Shown piece after piece: positions 55,876 through 64,000 of a DNA stretch of 64,000 nt. Below the pieces are notes generated by a model. The model did no database searches. It saw only the letters and a program-made list of their open reading frames with translations, and was not told the DNA's origin. Position 1 is the first letter of the stretch, and each line of letters starts with the position of its first letter. The stretch is from contig CAVSCK010000003.1 of NCBI GenBank assembly GCA_963726455.1, positions 608,001-672,000 of the forward strand, given 5' to 3'. The translations under genes and the position numbers were made by a program. Source of the DNA: an uncultured bacterium (GTDB lineage: Bacteria; Zixibacteria; MSB-5A5; CAIYYT01).

Positions 55876-57132
55876 ATGAATCATAGACTCTGGATCCTGA
55901 CCTTGCTTTCGATTCTCTGCCTTGTTTTGCCGCAGGGCTGCGGATCTCGATCCGATGACGAATGGAAACGGATGGTGGAAGCGGGCAACAAATGCTATCA
56001 CGAGGGCGATTATGCAGGAGCTGAGCGCTGGGCAAATGAGTCTTTGGTCTATGCCGAAAGTCAGTTCGGTCCCGTAAGCTCGGAGGTCGCATTTGCACTC
56101 ACTGATCTGGCTAGAGTCGCCGACAAACAACGTCAATCGCTTCGAGCCGATAGTCTTTACGCCAGTGCCGCGGATGTCTACAAACAACTAAAGCTGCCGC
56201 CAGATATCGTTTTTGCGAATTTCTGCTACAGCCGCGCTGAGCATTATCGGGTCCTGGCAAAGTGGAGCGAGGCTGAAGATTGCTTTGCCTTAGCACTGAA
56301 GCTGCAACTCGAGTTCCTCGGAAGAGATGATCATTTCGTTGCGTTGACGTATGCCGGATTGGCAGAAGCAGAAACACGAAACGGCAACCTGAAGGAATCG
56401 GTGCGCAACTATTCAGAGGCGATACGAATCAACAGGAATCTGGCCACCCCTCAAGCCACGAGCAATCTGGCGACATGTCTCAGTCAGTTAGCCGACAATT
56501 ATTCTCGATTGGGAGACTCAACCAAAGCGTTTAAATGCTTTCGTGAGTCACTTTCGCTTACAGAGGCAGTGAATGGCTTAGAGCCCGCCTTCGTCTTTTC
56601 ACTTCGAAATCTCGCAGCCTACTATCTAAGACTCGGCAGGATGCGCGAAGCAGACTCCTGTTACATCGTAGCGAACGCAATCGCCGAAAAGCATCTGAAC
56701 CGAGGTGATCCATCTCTTGTAATCGTCCACATCGGCGCTGCTCGAGCATTATTGCGGCAAGAAAAGTACGCGGAGGCAGAGACACTCATTGGCCGGGCTA
56801 TGAGTCTGAGCGAGTCTCGGCCGGGAAGTGATCCTGGCGATCACAGCTTAGCATTGGCGTGGCAAGCGCAGATATTCTACAAGACTGGTAGGTATGCTCT
56901 GGCGCTGGAGACAATTAAGAGAGCTATAGCCGGCATTGAAGAGGCGGGGCCGACGCAAAAGGAATTCATGCTCCCTGATCTCGGTTTAGCTGCTAAATGC
57001 GCCGATAGCCTCGGGCGTCGGGAGGACGCTCGCGAGTACGCTCGAGATGCTTGGGAGCTTGCGAAAGGTCTATACGGGGAAAAGGACAAGCGGACTCTCG
57101 AATACAAGAAGACGTGCGACATGCTTAGGTAG
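55876..57132 (+). CDS. TPR-repeat lipoprotein (kinesin light chain-like 42-aa repeats)
   Basis: Lipobox-like LPQGC; repeated 'G..h..vA..l..LA..y...G.y.eAe' units. Confidence 0.8.
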   Translation: MNHRLWILTLLSILCLVLPQGCGSRSDDEWKRMVEAGNKCYHEGDYAGAERWANESLVYAESQFGPVSSEVAFALTDLARVADKQRQSLRADSLYASAADVYKQLKLPPDIVFANFCYSRAEHYRVLAKWSEAEDCFALALKLQLEFLGRDDHFVALTYAGLAEAETRNGNLKESVRNYSEAIRINRNLATPQATSNLATCLSQLADNYSRLGDSTKAFKCFRESLSLTEAVNGLEPAFVFSLRNLAAYYLRLGRMREADSCYIVANAIAEKHLNRGDPSLVIVHIGAARALLRQEKYAEAETLIGRAMSLSESRPGSDPGDHSLALAWQAQIFYKTGRYALALETIKRAIAGIEEAGPTQKEFMLPDLGLAAKCADSLGRREDAREYARDAWELAKGLYGEKDKRTLEYKKTCDMLR

Positions 57133-57318
57133 TCAAGCTGGCAGGGTGGCCGGGGGGCTTTCTCTTGGCCTGCAAATTCGCCATTCTCAATCGGCGCAAT
57201 GTCATCACATCAAAGAATTAGCTCGAGATAGACACTATGTGGTGTTGTCAAAACGACTGCCGGTAATCGCGTGCGGTTTCATCTTGGCGGAATGTGGGCA
57301 GTTAGTATATTTCGCACA

Positions 57319-59472
57319 ATGAAATCGCTGGCAGGTTCGAAACGGTTCTGGATGATCTTGGCTGCGGCGGTGCCGTTGCTTGTCTACCTGATAACACTGT
57401 GTCCATCTGTATTTCCCGGCGACGGCGGCGAATTGGGGTTGGCAGCGACTAATCTGGAGATATCACATCCTCCCGGATATCCGCTCTTGACTAACGTGGG
57501 GCATGTCTGGACCGTGCTGTTGTTCTTCCTCAGGCCGATCCTGGCGTTGAACTTCTTGTCGGCGTTGTTTGCGGCGCTGGCTTCTGCGGTACTGTTTGTC
57601 ATCCTGATGTCACTAAGCGGCGGCGAATCGCGAGCCAATTACCTGATCAATTTCACGTTGTCGGTGGCGTTTGCGTTTGGGCAGACACTCTGGAGCGTCG
57701 CCACCAACTACGAAGTCTATTCACTGGCGGCGCTGATGGCCACCATGTGCATTGTCATCATGTTGAAGTTTCTTTGGACCGGCGACAGGCGATGGTTTCT
57801 CGCGGGCTGGTTCGTGTTCGGGCTGGCGCTCTGCAATCATCTGTCGGTTGGTTCGGTGGGACTGATGATGGTGCTGGTCACGTGGTATCGAAGAAAGGAT
57901 CTGGCGATTGGCGACTACCTGTCCGGGTTGCTGCTATTCGGATTGGCATTGACATTCTACTTCTACATTTATATCCGAGGGGGACAGAACATCGTGCTGC
58001 ACTGGTACGACCCGCGCACGACACAAGGGTTCGAGGGTCACATCCTGGCGCAAAGCTACCGGCATTATGTCGGCACGCCGCGTCTGGTAGATATCGTCCC
58101 TTATTTCGTCGAATTGTGGCGGCTGTTCTCGCATGAGTTTGTGATTCCCGCTACCTTGCTGGCACTACCGGGAGCGGTCGTTCAGTGGCAACGGAATTCC
58201 AAAGTTGCAGCTCTGATGTTGTCGATTGTCCTTCTCAATTGGGTGGTCAATTTCGACTATCTCATTCCCGATATCATGCCCTATTTCCTGCCGTCGATGC
58301 TGGTGTTCGTGATTTGGATGGCGGAGTTTCTCAATTGGATGACAAAGAAATCGCGGGCATGGTTGATTGTCGCGGTATCGATCGCCGTGGGAATCGTCAT
58401 CACGACCGCGGTCGGAAATTACGCAAAATCTGACCTGAGTAAACGTCGTAGTGCGGAGCTGTATGCCAAGGATTTGTTCGAGCGAGTTCCGCAGGGCGGA
58501 ACGATCTTCTGCAGCAGCGACTACTCGATGTTTCCGACACTGTACTTTCATTATGCCGAGAATTACCGGCCGGACTGCAAGGTATATGGTGACCGGCCGA
58601 CCCTTGCGCGGTTGAAAACTGATCTTGGACTTAGCGCGGCGCCGGGCTACACAGATTTTTCCCAAATACTTAAGTACGTCATCGAACGTGAAGGAAAACG
58701 AGTCGTATTTGCGCGCGAAACGTGGCAGACCTTTGACTATTTCAAGACGTTGATTCCAACTCTCTACCCCAGCGGCCTGGTATGGTACACTGATTCGGCA
58801 TCACAAATAGCGGTCGGTCGTCAGAATTTGGACTGGAGAAATCCACCAAGACTTTATGACGTAAAAGAGGCGCGGTTATACGTCATGTATGACTTACTGT
58901 ACGGTGAAGCGCTGAACAAGGTTGGCGATCCCGAGGGTAAGCAACTCTGGCGGGAGGCAGCAAAGATTGTTCAGCAGCAGGAGAATTACGCGTTGACGAG
59001 TGAGTTGGGGGCCTACCTTCTCGGCTTCGATCAAAGACTGGCTCGCAAGGCGCTCGAAGACGGTTTGAAGTCACCCGGCCTTCGACTAGAGCAACGGATG
59101 AAATTGCTGACTCTGCTGGGAAGTGTGGCGATCGAATCTGGAGACCTGAATCAGGCCAAGGAAATACTTGGAAAGGTCATCGCGGTGGAGCCGGACAACT
59201 CTGTCGCGAAGTATGATCTCCTGAGCATTTCCGCGCGTGAGGCCGAGGACGCAAAGCAGTTTCCGAAAGCCATCGCGATATATCATGATATGCTGAAATC
59301 ATTTCCTGATCAAAGGGATGCCAATCTGCAGCTTGGTCGGCTCCTGCTTGCGACCGGCGATACAGCCGTTGCGCGGGAGATGCTGGAGACGTGTATCAGA
59401 GACGGTTATCAAGCAGATTATGCGCGCCAGCTTCTGTTGCAGTTTGCGGGTCAAGAAAAGCGCTCTCCCTGA
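57319..59472 (+). CDS. DUF2723 (TMEM260-like) GT-C glycosyltransferase with C-terminal TPRs
   Basis: TLCPSVFPGDGGEL, HPPGYPL, W..A...EVYSL, NH; multiple TMs; start uncertain (57271 or 57319). Confidence 0.85.
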   Translation: MKSLAGSKRFWMILAAAVPLLVYLITLCPSVFPGDGGELGLAATNLEISHPPGYPLLTNVGHVWTVLLFFLRPILALNFLSALFAALASAVLFVILMSLSGGESRANYLINFTLSVAFAFGQTLWSVATNYEVYSLAALMATMCIVIMLKFLWTGDRRWFLAGWFVFGLALCNHLSVGSVGLMMVLVTWYRRKDLAIGDYLSGLLLFGLALTFYFYIYIRGGQNIVLHWYDPRTTQGFEGHILAQSYRHYVGTPRLVDIVPYFVELWRLFSHEFVIPATLLALPGAVVQWQRNSKVAALMLSIVLLNWVVNFDYLIPDIMPYFLPSMLVFVIWMAEFLNWMTKKSRAWLIVAVSIAVGIVITTAVGNYAKSDLSKRRSAELYAKDLFERVPQGGTIFCSSDYSMFPTLYFHYAENYRPDCKVYGDRPTLARLKTDLGLSAAPGYTDFSQILKYVIEREGKRVVFARETWQTFDYFKTLIPTLYPSGLVWYTDSASQIAVGRQNLDWRNPPRLYDVKEARLYVMYDLLYGEALNKVGDPEGKQLWREAAKIVQQQENYALTSELGAYLLGFDQRLARKALEDGLKSPGLRLEQRMKLLTLLGSVAIESGDLNQAKEILGKVIAVEPDNSVAKYDLLSISAREAEDAKQFPKAIAIYHDMLKSFPDQRDANLQLGRLLLATGDTAVAREMLETCIRDGYQADYARQLLLQFAGQEKRSP

Positions 59473-59661
59473 CAGCAGGCGATAATAGCTGCGGCGTAAT
59501 GCCACGTTGGTAGATTAGCTCCAGACAAACTGTCCTCAGTGCGTTCTTTTCCTCTTCCTTAGGCCAATCACATAAAGCATTCTTGACAAATCGAAACTGA
59601 GCAGGCAATGTTTCGTATTCATGGCATGGGATATGAGTTCCAAACGGACGCGGGTGAGCGA

Positions 59662-60135
59662 ATGGAATTGAAACAAGTATTCAGCGACAGCGAAATCGAG
59701 ACCGCTCGCACCCTATTTCTTGAATATGCGGCGTCGCTCGGGTTCGATCTCTGCTTCCAGAACTTCGATCAGGAATTGCGGGACTTGCCGGGAGATTATG
59801 CCCCACCAGCGGGGCGGCTTCTGATAGCAATGGACGGCGACCAAGTTCTGGGCTGCATTGCGCTAAGACGAATCGATGCTGAAACGTGCGAAATGAAGCG
59901 ACTCTACGTGCGGCCCGCAGCGCGAGGTCGCAGGCTGGGACGGACCTTGTCACAGGAGATAATTACGGAAGCACGTAGTATTGGATATCTTCGCATGCGG
60001 CTTGACACAATGCCAACCATGACGGAGGCAATCTCTTTGTATCAGTCACTCGGCTTCAAGGATATTACCCCCTATCGATATAATCCCATGCCGGGGGCAA
60101 TCTATATGGAGTTGGACCTCACAGTGGGAAGTTGA
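59662..60135 (+). CDS. GNAT family N-acetyltransferase
   Basis: DLCFQNF..EL..LPGDY, CEMKRLYVRP..RG..LG and LDT. Confidence 0.9.
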   Translation: MELKQVFSDSEIETARTLFLEYAASLGFDLCFQNFDQELRDLPGDYAPPAGRLLIAMDGDQVLGCIALRRIDAETCEMKRLYVRPAARGRRLGRTLSQEIITEARSIGYLRMRLDTMPTMTEAISLYQSLGFKDITPYRYNPMPGAIYMELDLTVGS

Positions 60136-60161
60136 TCAGTATTTCATTCCAGGAGAACTTT

Positions 60162-61049
60162 ATGAGCAGACCGACATTCTATATTCTTGATGTATTTGCC
60201 CAGCAGCGTTACGCCGGCAATCAACTGGCGGTATTCCGAAACGTGGCTGGAGTATCGGACACGGAAATGCAGCAGATTGCCAGAGAGGTCAATTTCTCCG
60301 AGACGACATTTATTCTGTCGGAACAACCGGAATCCGGGGGCTATCCGGTGCGCATCTTCACGCCCGGCCAGGAAGTACCGTTTGCCGGACATCCCACAAT
60401 TGGCACGGCCTTTGTCATACAGCAGGAGATCATCGGCAGACAGGTCGAGACAGTGCCATTGAACTTGAAGGTCGGCCAGATTCCGGTGTCGTTTAGCTAC
60501 TCCGGTGCTGACGTCGAGCTGATGAGGATGAAGCAAAACCAACCGACGTTCGGAGAGACGCACTCGGCATCTGACCTTGCTCCCATGCTCGGCCTGAGTG
60601 AGCAGGAACTTGACTCACGATATCCGATTCAGGAAGTCTCGACCGGACTGCCGGCGTTGATCGTGCCGTTGAAGAACCTGAAAGCATTGCAGAAAGCACG
60701 TGTTGACCGGCAGAAGTATTTCGAATTGGTGAACAACACTGAAGCAAAGGCCGTATTGGTCTTCTGCACGGAAACACGGAGCAACACAAATCAGGTCAGC
60801 GTGCGCGTCTTTGTCGACTATTTCGGTATTCCGGAAGACCCGGCGACCGGAAGTGGCAACGGTTGTTTGGCGGGGTATTTGGCGAAATACCGAATCTTCG
60901 AGAGCAATAAGATCAGCGTCCGCGTCGAACAGGGATACGATATGGGCAGGCCGTCATTATTATTCCTGGAGGCAGAGGATCGCGGACACGAGATAGACGT
61001 CAACGTCGGCGGCAATGCGATTCTGATTGCGAGAGGAGAATGGAAGTAG
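60162..61049 (+). CDS. PhzF family isomerase
   Basis: DVF....GNQLAV, NFSETTF, EVPFAGHP and EDPATGS; AGGAG SD. Confidence 0.92.
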   Translation: MSRPTFYILDVFAQQRYAGNQLAVFRNVAGVSDTEMQQIAREVNFSETTFILSEQPESGGYPVRIFTPGQEVPFAGHPTIGTAFVIQQEIIGRQVETVPLNLKVGQIPVSFSYSGADVELMRMKQNQPTFGETHSASDLAPMLGLSEQELDSRYPIQEVSTGLPALIVPLKNLKALQKARVDRQKYFELVNNTEAKAVLVFCTETRSNTNQVSVRVFVDYFGIPEDPATGSGNGCLAGYLAKYRIFESNKISVRVEQGYDMGRPSLLFLEAEDRGHEIDVNVGGNAILIARGEWK

Positions 61050-61081
61050 ATTCGCAGCTATTCGGAGCTGCCGCGATCTGC

Positions 61082-61110
61082 TTGACTTTCAACGGCTAAG
61101 ACAGTATCGT
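61082..61110 (+). promoter_or_regulatory. Putative sigma70 promoter
   Basis: TTGACT-17 bp-TATCGT upstream of 61128. Confidence 0.4.
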
Positions 61111-61127
61111 AGCGGTTCGATATCGCT

Positions 61128-62042
61128 ATGACCAAAAGGCAATTCTTCAACCGCTTCCTGCAACTGGCGCTGCTGGCGCTGATATGTTACTTCTTTGCGC
61201 CGAGCTTTATTGACAGCTTCAAAACCTTCAATCCATCAGCATGGAAGATCAACTATCCCCTGTTGATTGCGTCGCTGCTGTTAATGCAGGTTGTGCTTTA
61301 CGCACAGTCGGCGATCTGGTCAACGATCATTACCTTCTTTGACAAGAAGGTAAGCTGGAACAAGGCGTTCAAGATCGCCTATTTGTCGCAATTGGGGCGC
61401 TACCTGCCGGGTCGAATCTGGCAGCTATTCGGGATGATATATCTGGCTGCGAAAGAGGGCATAACCAAGGAAGAAGCGACGGTGTCGTTTATCCTGAGTC
61501 AGATCTTTACAACACCGCCGGGATTGTTGATCGTGGTCGTATACCTTTTCCTGCTGGAAACAGCCGAGAAATACCATCACTATTCTGCGTTTGCCTGGAT
61601 CGGTGGGGCAATCTGTATCGTGTTTTTGGTGATCTATTTCATGCCCCGATTGTTCAAGCAGATGATTAATCTGGCTACGCGCCTGCTGCGACAACCGCAA
61701 GTGGAATTCCGATTGGAAAAAAAGGTGGGATTGCAGGTGCTGTTGTTTTATTTTGTCACCTGGAATTTGTACGGCGTCAGTTTCTACCTCTTTCTGAAGT
61801 CGATTCTACCAGGGGTCGAATTCAATTTGGTTGAGATCATAGGCGCCTGGACACTGGCCTATCTGGTCGGCTATTGGGCGATCGTGTTGCCCGCCGGGAT
61901 AGGCGCGCGCGAAGCCGCGTTGATTGTTTTGTTGGCGCCAATTGTCGGGAATGATCGTGCCGGGGTGGCTGTAATCGGCGCCAGAGTCTGGTCGATGCTG
62001 GGCGAGTTGATTTGCACGGTGCTGGCATGGAGAGTTAAATAG
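61128..62042 (+). CDS. Lysylphosphatidylglycerol synthase TM / flippase-like membrane protein
   Basis: SQLGRYLPG.IW and PAGIGARE motifs; polytopic. Confidence 0.8.
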   Translation: MTKRQFFNRFLQLALLALICYFFAPSFIDSFKTFNPSAWKINYPLLIASLLLMQVVLYAQSAIWSTIITFFDKKVSWNKAFKIAYLSQLGRYLPGRIWQLFGMIYLAAKEGITKEEATVSFILSQIFTTPPGLLIVVVYLFLLETAEKYHHYSAFAWIGGAICIVFLVIYFMPRLFKQMINLATRLLRQPQVEFRLEKKVGLQVLLFYFVTWNLYGVSFYLFLKSILPGVEFNLVEIIGAWTLAYLVGYWAIVLPAGIGAREAALIVLLAPIVGNDRAGVAVIGARVWSMLGELICTVLAWRVK

Positions 62043-62055
62043 AAATGGACATATC

Positions 62056-64000
62056 ATGGTAAAGCGCAAACCACAAGTTGCCTCGTCTGCTGCGAAAGCG
62101 TACGATTTCTTCAAGGAGTTGGAAGAGAATCAGAATTTCTACCTCTACTACGCCGCGGCCACACTGATATTCGTGATCGTGCTGTTCAACAAATTCATCT
62201 TCTCCAGCCAGATGCTGTATGGCTCGGATACGATACAGGCCGGCATCTTCTTCCGCGAATTGATGGTAAGCTATTTCAAGGCACACGGCAGCGTACCGCC
62301 CTGGGATCCTTACATCTTCTGCGGAATGCCGTTTGTCGACTCGTTCCACGGCGATATTTTCTATCTGCCAACGTTTATCATCAAGATGATTTTCCCGCTG
62401 CAGCGAGCGCTGGGTTGGGGATTGATTCTGCATATCTATCTGGCGGGTCTGTTCGGCTACATGTGTGCGCGGGGCTTTGGGGTTTCAAAAGTGGCGTCAG
62501 CGTTCGCCGGTGTGTCATACATGTTTGCCGGCTACTCGTATCGTTTGTCGCTCCCGGCCATGACGGCAAGATGTTTGTGACGGCGCTATTCCCGTTGGCG
62601 TTCCATTTTCTGAATCGCGGGACCCAGACGTTCAAGCTCAAGTGTTTTATCATGCTCGGCCTCACGATCACGCTGATCATCCTGACGCCCCATCCACAAA
62701 TGGCCTATTTCACGCTTTGGGGTCTTGGCGCTTTCTTCCTGTATCGGGTCGTGTTCATGTGGCGCGACAAGGTTGACAAGGTCAAGATGGCCCTGACGGC
62801 AGGCATGTTTGTGCTGGCGGTAATCATCGGGCTTTTCGGTTCAGCCATACAGTTCTATCCGGGCTACAAATACATTCAGGAATTTTCACCGCGAGCCGGT
62901 GAAGGCGCCGAGGGCCGAGGCGGCTATGAGTGGGCGACGTCCTGGTCGTTGCATCTGGAGGAATTGGTCGGACAGGTAGTGCCGTTCTTTGCCGGCGTCG
63001 ATGACCAGAAGGCAGAAGGCGGGTACTGGGGACGCAACGCGTTCAAGGACAACACCGAGTATACCGGCTTCGTGCCGTTATTGATCGGTATCGTGGGATT
63101 GGCGCTGTGGCGACGGCGAGAGAGCTGGTTCTTTGCCGGAATGGCGGCGCTGGCGTTGATCTATGCTCTTGGCGGTACGACACCCCTGTTCTATATCTTC
63201 TATGCCGTCGTTCCAAACGTGAGCAAGATGCGCGGACCGTCGATGATCATGTTCTTGTTTAGTTTCTCATTCGCCATGCTGTCGGCCTTCGGAATTGACG
63301 CGCTGATCAAGTTGCACAATGAATCCAAAGCAAGAATCACGGGGAAGTTGAGCAAGGCCTTGATGATCACCGCTGCCGTCTTGACGGTGTTGGCGGTGCT
63401 GTTTACGGTCGCCGGCAAATCCCTGATGTCGGTATACACTTCGATTTTTTATTCCGGAATCGGCGCCGACAATGTCCGCATGATGGACGGAAACTTGCCG
63501 ACGGTGATCATAAGCTTCTGGCTCATTGCCATGATCACGTGGCTCGCCACGTTTCTGATACGCGGGTATGTTACGGGCAAAGTCGGTAGAATCGCGCTTT
63601 ACACCTTGATATTCTTGAGTCTGGTGGATCTCTGGCGCGTCGATTTCCGCTTTATCAGCACGGTTGATTACAACCGCACGTTCCCGAACTTGCCGATTGT
63701 AGAAAAACTGAAGTCGGAGAAGGAACCGTTTCGCGTGATGGATTTGACAAGGCAGAGCTGGCAAGGCAAGGATTTCCTGGCGCTCAACGATATCGAGATG
63801 CTGACCGGTTACCACGGGGCACAGTTGAAAACTTTCGATGAGTTCCTCGGCGGTCTGACATTCTCACGACTGCGAAAAGGCCAGGGTCTTAATCTCAGGC
63901 CGTTTCATCTCACCGGCACCAAGTACCTTATACTAGACCGCGGTTCGCAATTTCCGGATGAATTGGGATTGAAAAAAGTGTACGACCAGGAAGTGGTAGT
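62056..64000 (+). CDS. YfhO-like GT-C membrane glycosyltransferase, frameshift near 62538, runs off the window
   Basis: PWDPYIFCGMPF; shifted frame continues SFVAPGHDGKMFV.., HPQMAY, YHG; no stop seen before 64000. Confidence 0.8.

Noticed and set aside
59396-59608. 70-aa minus-strand ORF between the DUF2723 and GNAT genes
   Set aside because: It overlaps the DUF2723 3' end and has no SD or recognisable family; at most a gene remnant.

Overview
Bacterial genomic window with ~55 CDSs. Three secreted proteins carry C-terminal 'GDAN.DG..DISD.VYLI.YIFSGG' dockerin-like repeats, a pattern I associate with candidate-phylum Zixibacteria-like diderms (inferred, not verified). Most content is housekeeping or envelope: acyl-CoA synthetase-ACP-kbl, metal ABC uptake, gmd/rmd/nucleotide-sugar dehydrogenase, hisS, recR, MacAB-like ABC, rsmD-coaD-lysS-lolE-lolD-mcsA-mcsB-clpC, rpmA, nifS-selD, copA, aspS-phoH-7TM/HD-ybeY-corC and GT-C glycosyltransferases. 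Many single-base frameshifts in essential genes (lysS, aspS, lolD/E) point to assembly indel errors. Two accessory inserts stand out. One is a two-methylase plus PD-(D/E)xK nuclease restriction-modification cassette behind recR. The best candidate for a novel system is a ~2.7 kb cassette (40952-43729) bounded by a 75-bp duplication of the 3' end of an M48 peptidase gene. It encodes a radical SAM/SPASM enzyme, an unannotated 37-aa Cys-rich peptide (42628-42741, below the ORF-track cutoff) and a TraB/GumN/Tiki-like protein, and so looks like a compact RiPP system. Also notable: a His/CxxC leader ORF with an RSPP motif ahead of the metal-uptake operon, a probable NifS-SelD fusion, and a CTG start for coaD. 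I saw no tRNA, rRNA, CRISPR array, transposase or integrase.
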